A stretch of 44,365 nucleotides of DNA from positions 1-44,365 of the forward strand of contig JABIGM010000021.1 of the NCBI GenBank assembly GCA_018650165.1, read 5' to 3'. A model generated the notes under the pieces. It was not told the origin of the DNA. It ran no database searches and was given only the letters and a program-made list of their open reading frames with translations. The DNA comes from Methanobacteriota archaeon. Its GTDB lineage: Archaea > Thermoplasmatota > Poseidoniia > Poseidoniales > Poseidoniaceae. Of the stretch, positions 18,620-28,016 are shown piece by piece. The translations under genes were made by a program, and so were the position numbers. Within the stretch, counting starts at the first letter, position 1, and every line of letters begins with the position of its first letter.

Positions 18620-20524
18620 ATGCGCAGCGCTCTGTTGTTTACCACAATCCTTCTTTTTGCGATTGTCCCTTTCTCAAACCCGGTCACAGCAGACGGTTTA
18701 GATGAAAATTCAGGAATTACAATTTCCGCATCATTCGACAATTCTACAGAAATGACCGCCATTAACATCACAATGCCATTAACCAATAATGCAACCCTCC
18801 TAGACGAAATGAAAGACACGACTTTCTCAATTTACAGAATCTTTGCAGGAGATTGGCCAGTATTGGCAGAAACAATTGCATCAGAAATACAATTTTGTAC
18901 TCAAGGCTCGTCAAACTCTGAGTGTTCGGGAAGTAGTTTTGAAATAGAATATTATCCTCTACTTCTCGACTCTCATACCGAGTATGAATATGTTTTAGCA
19001 TTCAACAGCGTCTTCATACTAAGCAACACATTAGAAGAAATAATTACCCCTAGTTTCGCAGTAGAAAATCTATCAGGCGCATATTCCGATGATGTGACAA
19101 CCCTTACATGGGATTATCCCGAAGGAATCCCAATGAACCATTCTGTAATGATTTACAGTCACGATTCTCCAGCAACAAGAGAGAACTGGAATGGAATGGC
19201 AAAAACAATCGTTAGTAGCAGCGTATCTGCTGGAACTACAAGTTACGATATCAACTACTCCGAAGAATCCGTGGAAAGAGAAATTTTCTATTCGGTCACA
19301 TTATTGTATGAAACTTCAGAAGATACCCGATTTATTGGAACTAACACGCTCTCCGAGTCAGTAAAGGAAGATAATACAGCCCCGCTATTTATTGGAGAAT
19401 TATCGGCAAGTTTCAACCCAAATACCGATACTACACTCATAGATTGGGGGGAAGGGGTTGCGGATGAAGATCTAACGATAAACATCTACAGGTCTGAACT
19501 AGAATTACAAGCATTGGATCCCAATAGCATGGTTGCGGTAGTCGATGCAAGCATGAGTTCCTATGAACTACAAATTCCAATCGGAGAACATCGCCAATCG
19601 TGGTATGCAATATCTTTGGCCGATTCACAAGGAAATGAAATTCTCGAATTAACCGAAGCTTCTCCTGTGGCAGAGCCGATAATCGAAACAACAACGACAG
19701 CGCCTTCAGTATCAGATATTTCAGCCGAAAGGTTTGCAGATGGAACAATTACCATTTTTTGGGAAGACAATACACAAAACCCAAACACAATTGCAAGATT
19801 ATGGCGCTCCATCGAAGGACCAATTCAATCATTGGATAATGTTCAAGAATTAACTCCTATCAATGCTAGTGCTGGGCAATTTTCACATAACCCGCTTAAT
19901 GCTGCAGACCAAGTTTGGTATGCAATTACCATTGAAGGCACCTGGGGTACAAGCACAATACCTTGGCATTATGAAGAGTTGAACATTGGTTCTAATTCTA
20001 TGAGTAGCCCATTTAGGGAAACAGAAAACATATCGACTGATGAACCAACCTCTGGCATATTAGCTCAAGTCCAATCTTCTACTGGCGTTGGCGGTAACAT
20101 AAGTGACGGTTCTTTGATTTCTTTGGGAGCCATGTATGAGGGCGACATAATTATTATTTCAACATCTTCTATAGTAACTAACATCTCTTGTCACGAAATT
20201 GCAGGACAGGGCACCTCGATAGGTTCAGGGCTAGATTGGACACTATCTTTCAGTGCCAATCAAACAGGTGAAACATGCCTAGGAACTATTGTTGATGGTC
20301 AAGATGAAATTGGTTTTACTCTAACTTGGAATTATATCGAAACAATTGCAAATAACAGTGAAGACACAGATGTTGATGATAGTGACAATGCTACTGAAAA
20401 AGATGATACGAAAGGAAAGAATAAAAATTCAGTCTCTGAAATAATATTGGCAATAGTAATTGCAGCATTACTACTGTATCTATTTGTCATGTTGCGCCCG
20501 CAAAACCATGACGAGGAAGAGTGA
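18620..20524 (+). CDS. Secreted, C-terminally membrane-anchored protein with FN3-like repeats
   Basis: Signal peptide MRSALLFTTILLFAIVPFS; repeated TxxxW...I(Y/W)R...(W/F)Y(A/S)(I/V) beta-sandwich pattern; acidic linker and C-terminal TM helix. Confidence 0.75.
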   Translation: MRSALLFTTILLFAIVPFSNPVTADGLDENSGITISASFDNSTEMTAINITMPLTNNATLLDEMKDTTFSIYRIFAGDWPVLAETIASEIQFCTQGSSNSECSGSSFEIEYYPLLLDSHTEYEYVLAFNSVFILSNTLEEIITPSFAVENLSGAYSDDVTTLTWDYPEGIPMNHSVMIYSHDSPATRENWNGMAKTIVSSSVSAGTTSYDINYSEESVEREIFYSVTLLYETSEDTRFIGTNTLSESVKEDNTAPLFIGELSASFNPNTDTTLIDWGEGVADEDLTINIYRSELELQALDPNSMVAVVDASMSSYELQIPIGEHRQSWYAISLADSQGNEILELTEASPVAEPIIETTTTAPSVSDISAERFADGTITIFWEDNTQNPNTIARLWRSIEGPIQSLDNVQELTPINASAGQFSHNPLNAADQVWYAITIEGTWGTSTIPWHYEELNIGSNSMSSPFRETENISTDEPTSGILAQVQSSTGVGGNISDGSLISLGAMYEGDIIIISTSSIVTNISCHEIAGQGTSIGSGLDWTLSFSANQTGETCLGTIVDGQDEIGFTLTWNYIETIANNSEDTDVDDSDNATEKDDTKGKNKNSVSEIILAIVIAALLLYLFVMLRPQNHDEEE

Positions 20525-20935
20525 TTATTCTTCTTCAAAATTAGCTAGAGGCCCCGCCGTAGACATCCACACGTAAACTCCGTTTGTGGTCACCAGTAGC
20601 CCTACTAAGGACAGAACCAGCCCAGCGGGCTCTGGAAAAAAATCCAGTCTTCCCACAGCATAAGAGATACCCAGCAAGACCAACCCAGTAGTCACAACTA
20701 GAGGGGATGTGCTGGCAGGGTCTTTCCATAAATCCAGAGTCGGAACAACCCCTTTGATGCTAAAAGTAACCCGAAACCATGCCAGATAGAGTAGCATCAT
20801 TCCAGACAAACCCAATGCTCCAGAGGTAAATGTTGAATCATCCCATGGACCGTTAGGGGAAATATCTGTGAATGTAATTCCAACCAATATCAGACCGAGA
20901 GCGGCAAAGTGTCTCCACTCAGCCTTTGCGCCCAT
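20525..20935 (-). CDS. Hypothetical membrane protein (about 4 TM)
   Basis: Hydrophobic 136-aa ORF from ATG 20935 that fills the gap between two convergent/divergent neighbours. Confidence 0.7.
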   Translation of the reverse strand: MGAKAEWRHFAALGLILVGITFTDISPNGPWDDSTFTSGALGLSGMMLLYLAWFRVTFSIKGVVPTLDLWKDPASTSPLVVTTGLVLLGISYAVGRLDFFPEPAGLVLSLVGLLVTTNGVYVWMSTAGPLANFEEE

Positions 20936-20987
20936 GAAGGTGCTACGGGCCGCGACCCTTGAAAGCAATGGGGCCGTGAGGGGGGCA

Positions 20988-21845
20988 ATGGCAGCGGTTC
21001 AAGACGCATTGTTGGTAGCAGGCGGCATCGGTTCGCGAATGCTACCTGCAAGTGCCGCTATTGCAAAGGAAGCACTCCCTCTTGTCGACATCCCTGCTCT
21101 TTCACATTTAGCCCGTGAGGCTGTAGCAGCCGGCGCTAAGCGAATACATATCATCACTTCACCACGTAAAGATTTGAGTGGATTATTGAAAGACAATTCT
21201 TGGCTAGAAAACAAGAGAGCCGACATCGATAAAGAGATACTCTCGCCATTTTTAGATATCGAGGTCCATGTCCACGTACAAGAAACACCAAGGGGCTTTG
21301 GAGATGCTCTTAGTTGTGCATTACATGCCATCGAAGGCCCTTTCATGGTACTATTGGGAGATAATATCTTACTAGATTCCTTTTCATCAAGTACAAATTA
21401 CACACCCTCAAACGCTTCACGACTATTAGTTGAAGCATTCGAAAGGACCAATCTTCCTTGTGTTGGACTAGCATCGGTTTCAGATCCCGAGAACTACGGA
21501 GTAGTATCTATGGAAGGGGAGTTAGTGAAAGAAATTGTCGAAAAACCACAGGCTGGCACAGCCCCCTCAAATCTGGTTTTGTGTGGGAGATACATATTCA
21601 CTTCAGATACATCTCAACTACTTGAAAAATACAATTTTGAGGAATATGGAGAATTACAATCGATTGCTATTCAACAGCATTGGATGCAAACCAATGGACT
21701 TGTAGGCGTCGAACTCAAGGGATACCAATGGTATGATTCAGGAGCACCACTTCCTTGGTTAAAGAGCCAAATAGACTATGCATTACGAAGAGAAGACATG
21801 AGTCAAGAAATCAGAGATTGGTTAAATGATAGACTTCAGCGCTGA
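20988..21845 (+). CDS. galU: UTP--glucose-1-phosphate uridylyltransferase-like nucleotidyltransferase
   Basis: LVAGGIGSRMLP...AKEALPLVD, QETPRGFGDA, LLGDN, YGVV, VEKP, GRYIF. Confidence 0.8.
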   Translation: MAAVQDALLVAGGIGSRMLPASAAIAKEALPLVDIPALSHLAREAVAAGAKRIHIITSPRKDLSGLLKDNSWLENKRADIDKEILSPFLDIEVHVHVQETPRGFGDALSCALHAIEGPFMVLLGDNILLDSFSSSTNYTPSNASRLLVEAFERTNLPCVGLASVSDPENYGVVSMEGELVKEIVEKPQAGTAPSNLVLCGRYIFTSDTSQLLEKYNFEEYGELQSIAIQQHWMQTNGLVGVELKGYQWYDSGAPLPWLKSQIDYALRREDMSQEIRDWLNDRLQR

Positions 21846-22360
21846 CCTGGTTTCCAGAAAGAAAGAGAAAGCGGAACCTCTCCAGTTGCCGCACGAATAG
21901 CAAGATGGTCAGCGCGTTCATTCCAACGATGGCCACTATGAGCTTTGACATGCTCCCAGGATATTTTTCTTAGTAACGACACCTCGTCCCAAAGAGAACG
22001 AATATGAGAAACTAACCGTTTGTTAGCCTTTGCTTTCCAAGCGCCTGTTGCCTGATTTCCAGCATATTGAGAGTCGGTTTTAATCACAATGTCTGAATCA
22101 CCGCCCTCTGTTAATATCCAACGTAGAGCAGATGCAAATGCGGAAAGTTCAGCAGTATTGTTTGAACCCACCTCTGCGCCAATAAACGAATCAGCATCAG
22201 GGTCGGTAATCACCTTTCCATGAAATTCATGTAGAATTTCTCCATTACCTCGACCTAAATCATTAGATCCAGTAATGATTACAACACCCCAGCCTGCAGG
22301 CGTTTCACTATCCACATTTTGATTCCCAATACAAGAACCATCAACATAGACGTGGAGCAT
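21836..22360 (-). CDS. rnhA: Ribonuclease HI
   Basis: VYVDGSC, SNNTAEL, TDSQYA, WEHVKAHSGHRWNERADHLA. Confidence 0.95.
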   Translation of the reverse strand: MLHVYVDGSCIGNQNVDSETPAGWGVVIITGSNDLGRGNGEILHEFHGKVITDPDADSFIGAEVGSNNTAELSAFASALRWILTEGGDSDIVIKTDSQYAGNQATGAWKAKANKRLVSHIRSLWDEVSLLRKISWEHVKAHSGHRWNERADHLAIRAATGEVPLSLSFWKPGQR

Positions 22361-22367
22361 TGGAATT

Positions 22368-22751
22368 TCACTCACCAATCTCAGCTTTGTAATCTGCAGC
22401 CGACATCAGATTTGAAATTGCAGAAGCATCATCTAATTTCATACGAACAATCCATCCTTCGCCGTATGGATCGGTATTCATTAATTCAGGAGCATCGTCA
22501 AGGTCATCGTTTACCGCGGTGATTTCACCAGAAAGCGGTGCAAAAATCGGAGATGCTGATTTCACGGATTCAACTATTGCAAACTCTTCCATTTCAGCAC
22601 AAACTTCACCCTCTTCAGGTAATTCGATATAGACAATATCTGTTAGTGCGTTTTGAGCATGATCGGTAATTCCGATAGTAATCTCGTCACCGTTAATCAA
22701 CATCCATTCATGCTCTTTAGTATAGTACAGACCTTCTGGGACCTCGCTCAT
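22368..22751 (-). CDS. gcvH: Glycine cleavage system H protein (lipoyl carrier)
   Basis: YYTKEHEW, GITDHAQ, VESVKSASPIFAPLSG (lipoyl-Lys), NTDPYGEGW. Confidence 0.96.
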   Translation of the reverse strand: MSEVPEGLYYTKEHEWMLINGDEITIGITDHAQNALTDIVYIELPEEGEVCAEMEEFAIVESVKSASPIFAPLSGEITAVNDDLDDAPELMNTDPYGEGWIVRMKLDDASAISNLMSAADYKAEIGE

Positions 22752-22799
22752 GTCTCTCCCTCTGGTTTGCTGCAGACAGTTAAAGGCATCAAACCTTTC

Positions 22800-23618
22800 T
22801 CACAATTGATTAGAGCAATGCGGGCAAATATTCCATGAAGGGTCGGCGGTATTTCCACAACTAGGACAGGTTTTATGGGTGCTATCTGCAATCATGACAG
22901 AATCATTTAGCACAGTATTACCTACTTGTCCAATTTGAACAACCGGTTGATTTTGTTCTAGGTGCTCTTGTCTAATTCTTCCGGCTTCAGCAAACATTTC
23001 AGCTTTCTGATAAGCCTCAGCAGCACCTTCCCAATTGCGAGCTAATTCGAGATTTCGCGCCTCTTTAATCCATGTTTGTTTTGCCTTTCCTGGCCCAGCA
23101 GGCACGCTAGGGGCGATTTGTTGAATAGGAGGTGATTGAATAGGCGTTCTAACCTGGGGCACAGGGATATACTGTGGTTGAGCAACTGGTACGTATTGCG
23201 GTTGTTGTTGAATAATTACAACCCGCTGGTCATCTGTCCTAGTGCTCAATGCACTAATTCCGAATATAACAGAGAAGCAACACGTTGAAGATCCAAGCAT
23301 TGAGTAAATTGGGCTATCACCATCGATTTCATCAGAACCATCGTCACAATCCTCTTTGCCATCATTTTCAATACTATCAGCGTATTCTAAACTACCATCG
23401 GGATTTGTAGTGCCTTCGCCCCTAATTATCTCCCCATCATCGCATTCATACACCCAGTCCCAATTGTTCGTTCCATGCCCATATCGATAGCTTCCCGAAT
23501 CGCTCGAACTTCCAGAGATCCCAAGAAAAATGATTGCAATAATACCCAAAACAATACACACATTCCAGTACATTTGTTTCTTTTTTGCACCTTCGCTTTT
23601 TGGTAGGTTGATGTTCAT
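22800..23618 (-). CDS. Membrane protein with LDL-receptor class A-like acidic Cys motif, Pro/Gln linker and C-terminal zinc ribbon
   Basis: TM helix, YECDDGE...DGKEDCDDGSDE, second hydrophobic segment, PQYVPV/PQYIPV, CPSCG...CPHC. Confidence 0.7.
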   Translation of the reverse strand: MNINLPKSEGAKKKQMYWNVCIVLGIIAIIFLGISGSSSDSGSYRYGHGTNNWDWVYECDDGEIIRGEGTTNPDGSLEYADSIENDGKEDCDDGSDEIDGDSPIYSMLGSSTCCFSVIFGISALSTRTDDQRVVIIQQQPQYVPVAQPQYIPVPQVRTPIQSPPIQQIAPSVPAGPGKAKQTWIKEARNLELARNWEGAAEAYQKAEMFAEAGRIRQEHLEQNQPVVQIGQVGNTVLNDSVMIADSTHKTCPSCGNTADPSWNICPHCSNQL

Positions 23619-23968
23619 TCCTCACCCTCCAATTCCTTCGATAGTACTGTATGTTCAAGTCTAGCCCAAGCATTTCCAACATCATTATCGGTTTTCGTTT
23701 GAGTCAATTCCGATTCAATGCGCGATGCCATCGTAGAACGATTTTCGTTAGGAAACACTCTGCCCAAAACCCCTTCTCCACGACCAGTCGGCACAGATAA
23801 CATTAACATTAAAATTCCAATAAAAGGAACTGCAAAACCGATCTCTGGGGTTTCTATTGTTAAGATGCCAGAAATAAAACCCAATCCACTTGCTAAAAGG
23901 AGACCTAAGCCGGTCCCAACCAGTAAGCGTTGTGCGCTGGCAGCGGGGGTCATGCTCACTCCAATCAA
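23615..23968 (-). CDS. Hypothetical membrane protein (2 TM)
   Basis: 117-aa ORF overlapping the downstream gene start by 4 bp; two hydrophobic helices. Confidence 0.65.
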   Translation of the reverse strand: MIGVSMTPAASAQRLLVGTGLGLLLASGLGFISGILTIETPEIGFAVPFIGILMLMLSVPTGRGEGVLGRVFPNENRSTMASRIESELTQTKTDNDVGNAWARLEHTVLSKELEGEE

Positions 23969-23995
23969 TTATAGTGAATGAACCCAACGCCTAAA

Positions 23996-24589
23996 TCAGT
24001 ATGTTTCACGCATCAATTTATGAATTTTGTAAGGCAACAAGGCACGATTCACAGGTGTCACTTCGAGAATTCGCGCATCGTCTCTTCTTCGAATATCTTG
24101 CAGTAATGGATGGCGACTCTTTTTGTGGAGTGCCAATAAAGTTGGTTTATCGACTTCTAGTGCAGACCTAACTACATTGACGAAACCTTCAGATTCAACG
24201 GTAAACTTTCCAATTTCATCGATGACGATAACTTCTGAGTAATCCCTTGCATGCTCTATTGCAGGTATTGCAACACTATCCAAGGAGTCGGTATCGATAC
24301 CGTAGCCTAATACGCGAAGCCTACTGTCTATGCTTTTGTGAGCCATAACAGCTTCAGCCCCGGTATGAATATCTATTACTTTGTATCCAACGCGTTCTGA
24401 ATTTTCCATAATTGGTTCAGTACGTAACCCCCCAATGAGGTCGGTATTGGCACCATCTCCTCCCCTAGCGTTTATTTCGCGCCTTCTTTCTTCTTCAAGC
24501 ATTTCTACCACTTTTGATAAAACTGCAGATTTGCCAGACCTCGGGAGTCCGGTAATTCCTATTTTTGGATGTATTCCCACTATAACCAC
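23996..24589 (-). CDS. NTPase (THEP1/NTPase_1 family)
   Basis: Walker A GITGLPRSGKS, RVGYKVID, Walker B VIVIDEIGK, ATLH-like LALHKK. Confidence 0.9.
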   Translation of the reverse strand: MVIVGIHPKIGITGLPRSGKSAVLSKVVEMLEEERRREINARGGDGANTDLIGGLRTEPIMENSERVGYKVIDIHTGAEAVMAHKSIDSRLRVLGYGIDTDSLDSVAIPAIEHARDYSEVIVIDEIGKFTVESEGFVNVVRSALEVDKPTLLALHKKSRHPLLQDIRRRDDARILEVTPVNRALLPYKIHKLMRETY

Positions 24590-24790
24590 TCACTGAAATT
24601 CGGGTTCACGAATTGCACTGGTTGCTTCGAGGGCGGTACTGATAATAAAGCATGGGGGGGAAAACGTGTTTTTTCTTGATTCCGGAAACGTCAAACCCGC
24701 ATCCGACAAAAAACCCAAGGGGAAAATTAGTACAGTTTGTTGGGAAAGTAATTCCTAAAGAGTCCGTTTTGAGCAAAAAACAATTCGAAA

Positions 24791-25249
24791 TCACAGTATG
24801 GACTCGTCACCAGGCATTGGTAAAGCAATGATTGAACGACCTAATGCTCCATGCTTCCATGACAGTGAAACCCAATCTAAAATACTAGATAATTCGTTTT
24901 CAGAGAGTCCTCCGGCATCTGAAACTCTTCGTAAAGCCCACAATTCAGCCTCATCATATTCTCCATCAACAGAAGCTAACAAAGCCGAATCCCTTAATGC
25001 GATTCTTATTGCAGAAACTTCCATTCCATCAAGGATAGATTCTAGTTCTGGAGGCTGTGTTAGAAGTTGTCTTACTTCTTCACGACTTTCCGGATGTAAC
25101 ATCATGGAACCCATAGCTGCTTCAATGCCTGAAATTTCTTCGCGGACCAATGCACCATCTGATGCGGCCACAAGAACAAGAATACACGCAATCTTTCGGC
25201 GCTGCTCTTCTGGAAGAGACAGTGCAGCATCTGGTAACAGACCAATCAC
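24791..25249 (-). CDS. TerB-like protein (copy 2)
   Basis: LVAASDGALVREE and LLASVDGEYDEAE acidic motifs in a helical fold. Confidence 0.75.
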   Translation of the reverse strand: MIGLLPDAALSLPEEQRRKIACILVLVAASDGALVREEISGIEAAMGSMMLHPESREEVRQLLTQPPELESILDGMEVSAIRIALRDSALLASVDGEYDEAELWALRRVSDAGGLSENELSSILDWVSLSWKHGALGRSIIALPMPGDESIL

Positions 25250-25677
25250 CTTGACAGGTCATTTAGAAGATCGTATCCAGATTGCATCCAAGCATAACCT
25301 TCTACAGTCCAAGACAATAACCGATTGACAGCATCCGCTTGAAGTCCAAGATACTCAGCGATTTCATCTAGAACTTCCCGCTCATCTTCATCTACAGTTC
25401 CATCGGCTGCAGCCATAAGAACAGCATCTCTAAGTGCCAATCGTCCAGATTCTTCACCAAGATTTTCTAAACACTTCTCCAGAGTAGGGGGATTTTTCAA
25501 TGAAGCACGAATCATGTCACGCTGTTTTGGTGACAATAGGGCTGTACCTAAACGCTGTTCAAACATTGACATCTCTTCAACAGTTAATTCGTTGTCGACC
25601 CGCGTCATATAAGCCAACAGCATAGCATATGCGAATCGTTCGGACTGTGGTAATTTGTGCACCGTATCGGGTAGCAT
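25246..25677 (-). CDS. TerB-like protein (copy 1)
   Basis: MTRVDNELTVEE and MAAADGTVDEDEREVLDEIAEYLGL; overlaps copy 2 by 4 bp. Start could extend to 25728. Confidence 0.78.
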   Translation of the reverse strand: MLPDTVHKLPQSERFAYAMLLAYMTRVDNELTVEEMSMFEQRLGTALLSPKQRDMIRASLKNPPTLEKCLENLGEESGRLALRDAVLMAAADGTVDEDEREVLDEIAEYLGLQADAVNRLLSWTVEGYAWMQSGYDLLNDLSR

Positions 25678-25741
25678 GTAGATGGCGTAAGCGTTGCATG
25701 ATTTCAATGCCTCGCTTCGATGGAACATTCAAATGTAACCA

Positions 25742-26077
25742 TTGGTACGAAACGGTGTGGCGGAAATAGAGGTTTACACGAACAAAGGGTGCCCGGCCTG
25801 TGTTAGCGCTAAACACTATCTTGACAAGAAAGGCGTAGCATATGATGAAAAAAAATTAGGCAAATCTAGGAAGGTAGATGCCGAATTTTCAATTAGAACC
25901 CGTGGTGCAAAAAGCATCCCTCAAATTTTCATAAATAACGAGTACATTGGCGGTTTCGATGATTTGGTACAATACGATAAAGCCGACGAATTAGATTGGC
26001 GACTCGGACTTTGCAAACGGCCACGCGTGGGTATTTTGAAAGCATTAATCCGATTTATGAAAGGGGAGAGATACTAA
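25742..26077 (+). CDS. Glutaredoxin
   Basis: YTNKGCPAC active site, SIPQIFI, IGGFDDL. Confidence 0.9.
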   Translation: MVRNGVAEIEVYTNKGCPACVSAKHYLDKKGVAYDEKKLGKSRKVDAEFSIRTRGAKSIPQIFINNEYIGGFDDLVQYDKADELDWRLGLCKRPRVGILKALIRFMKGERY

Positions 26078-26468
26078 TTTGTTTGAAGGCGATTTCCCGT
26101 TGCCCGATATAATTCAGTACGCCCCACAGACTAGAATTAATGAAGAACACAACCCAGGTGTTTATTCCCCAACTCACAGTTCCGATGTAATAGCAAGCAG
26201 AGGAACCAATCCACCCGATGGTGTATAACCCCATACTCGCTGGAATTGTCCACTTAGTATCTCTTTGCGAATGAAAGGTCCAAATTCTATGCGTCCAATG
26301 TGCGATAAACGAACCTAGAATCCAAGCAATCGACCAAGTTATAGTCGGCCAATAATTATCCTCTGGTAGGATTAACAAGAAGATTAGGAATAGTAAATAG
26401 AATGCTAAAAAGTTGACACTAGCAGTTAACAAATATCTTCGGAACGACCCATGCGCCCCTAGCATCAA
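26055..26468 (-). CDS. GtrA-like flippase-associated membrane protein
   Basis: Four TM helices: [12 protein letters not shown]..., [23 protein letters not shown]; last gene of a sugar-nucleotide module. Confidence 0.75.
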   Translation of the reverse strand: MMLGAHGSFRRYLLTASVNFLAFYLLFLIFLLILPEDNYWPTITWSIAWILGSFIAHWTHRIWTFHSQRDTKWTIPASMGLYTIGWIGSSACYYIGTVSWGINTWVVFFINSSLWGVLNYIGQREIAFKQISISPLS

Positions 26469-27286
26469 TCGTCCTCCGTAATTACGTCAGAAGATTCACC
26501 AGTGGACTTTTCTCTCAGTGCTGTATTGTCGGTTTGAATAGCATCTAACAAGGCGTAATTAACACCGTGATTACGTGCCAATTCTCGTAAAGCCAAGGAA
26601 TCCTTCGGCAAACACTTACCGCCAAATCCACGATTCAAACCCATCAAAGGCTCAAGGTGAGATTCACCTATCGGTTGATCCTGAGGGGTAGTAATGATGT
26701 CCCTAATTTTGGACCAATCAACTCCAATGGCTTGACAAATATCGTACATTTGGTTTGCAAAAATTACTTTCATAGCATAGAAATTATTTTTGGTATACTT
26801 CACCATCTCGGCTTCAGTACAATTTGTATGAAATGTATTGTTTCCTATCAGCACACCCGCCGAGTAGTGATGTTGAAACACGATTTCAGCAACATCGGTA
26901 TGTTCAGTACCTACAATCAATATTTTTTGATTACCAAAATCCTCTAGGCGGTTTCTCTCAACTAAAAATTCAGGCGAATATGCTAATTTTAAGTGAGGAT
27001 ATTTTTTTTGCAACATCGTTGTAGTTCCTGGAATAACAGTACTTTTGATTACAGCGATGAAACCAGGGGGCAACTGCGATAGAATTTCTTCAACTATGCG
27101 TGTATCGCAAGAACCATCATCGTTCGCAGGAGTTGGAACTGCAATATATGCCAAATCACAGTTTTTGGTGACATGGGCCAATTCGGTGTTACGCATAGGG
27201 TCGTGAACAAACAACTCGTGTGTGTCGCTAAAGCAGTGCTCAATAGCGCCACCAACCATTCCCGCACCAATTATTCCAATCTTCAT
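26465..27286 (-). CDS. UDP-glucose/GDP-mannose dehydrogenase family protein (short form)
   Basis: [37 protein letters not shown], catalytic [10 protein letters not shown]. Confidence 0.9.
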   Translation of the reverse strand: MKIGIIGAGMVGGAIEHCFSDTHELFVHDPMRNTELAHVTKNCDLAYIAVPTPANDDGSCDTRIVEEILSQLPPGFIAVIKSTVIPGTTTMLQKKYPHLKLAYSPEFLVERNRLEDFGNQKILIVGTEHTDVAEIVFQHHYSAGVLIGNNTFHTNCTEAEMVKYTKNNFYAMKVIFANQMYDICQAIGVDWSKIRDIITTPQDQPIGESHLEPLMGLNRGFGGKCLPKDSLALRELARNHGVNYALLDAIQTDNTALREKSTGESSDVITEDD

Positions 27287-27985
27287 TTAATCCACTCCAA
27301 TCGAAAATAAACCCTCTTCCACCATTTGGGCAGCACGCATGAGGTTTTCAGGTGTTCCACAATCAATCCACGTATTTTCTCCAACAGAGATAACCTTTGC
27401 ACTACCTTCTTTGATGTATTGTTTAGTAATGTCTGATATTGAAAAATCAGATAATCTCTGGGCGGCATCTAATCTCTGCCAAAATGTTGCATCAAACATG
27501 TAAATTCCACCAATTGCAAGTTTATTAGATGAATTAACTGGCTTTTCAACAACATCAACAATCTCTCCATTTTTCATAATCGCAATTCCAAAATCTTCTG
27601 GATTTTCAACCTCTCTTGTCAATAATACAGCGCCATGTGAAAAGGTACGAACCTCGTTTTTCAAATTGAGATTAGTAATATTATCTGAAAACCAGATTAG
27701 TAATGGGCAATTTTCATTATGCTCTCTAGCTAGTTGAAGGGCTGCAGCAACACCCTTCGGCTCACTCTCAAGGACATAATTTACATCATGACCCACATGA
27801 GCTCTAATTTTATCAATAAATTTGTTACCAATTATTGTAATTTCAGTAATGCCCGAATTTCGTATAGTTGCAAGGGCATAATCAATAATTGGTTGGCCAC
27901 ATAGAGGGAGCAATGTTTTGTGAGTATGGTTAGTCATGGGCAACAATCTGCTCCCATGGCCTCCCGCTACTATGATGGCCTTCAT
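27287..27985 (-). CDS. Sugar-phosphate nucleotidyltransferase (RmlA/RfbA-like)
   Basis: IVAGGHGSRLLPMT...KTLLPL, EPKGVAAA, FGIA, VVEKP, WIDCGT. Confidence 0.88.
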   Translation of the reverse strand: MKAIIVAGGHGSRLLPMTNHTHKTLLPLCGQPIIDYALATIRNSGITEITIIGNKFIDKIRAHVGHDVNYVLESEPKGVAAALQLAREHNENCPLLIWFSDNITNLNLKNEVRTFSHGAVLLTREVENPEDFGIAIMKNGEIVDVVEKPVNSSNKLAIGGIYMFDATFWQRLDAAQRLSDFSISDITKQYIKEGSAKVISVGENTWIDCGTPENLMRAAQMVEEGLFSIGVD

Positions 27986-28016
27986 CCTTCAACCCTCGGC
28001 GCCTACGCTTATTGAA

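Noticed and set aside
22368-22751. Lone gcvH without gcvP/gcvT as a novel system
   Set aside because: Dispersed gcv genes and stand-alone lipoyl carriers are common; nothing unusual in the sequence.
24606-24794. 62-aa ORF in the TerB-NTPase spacer
   Set aside because: Low-complexity homopolymer-rich intergenic sequence, no SD and no recognisable domain.
20988-27985. Two nucleotidyltransferases as evidence of a large polysaccharide island
   Set aside because: They are 5 kb apart, separated by housekeeping genes, with no glycosyltransferase cluster.
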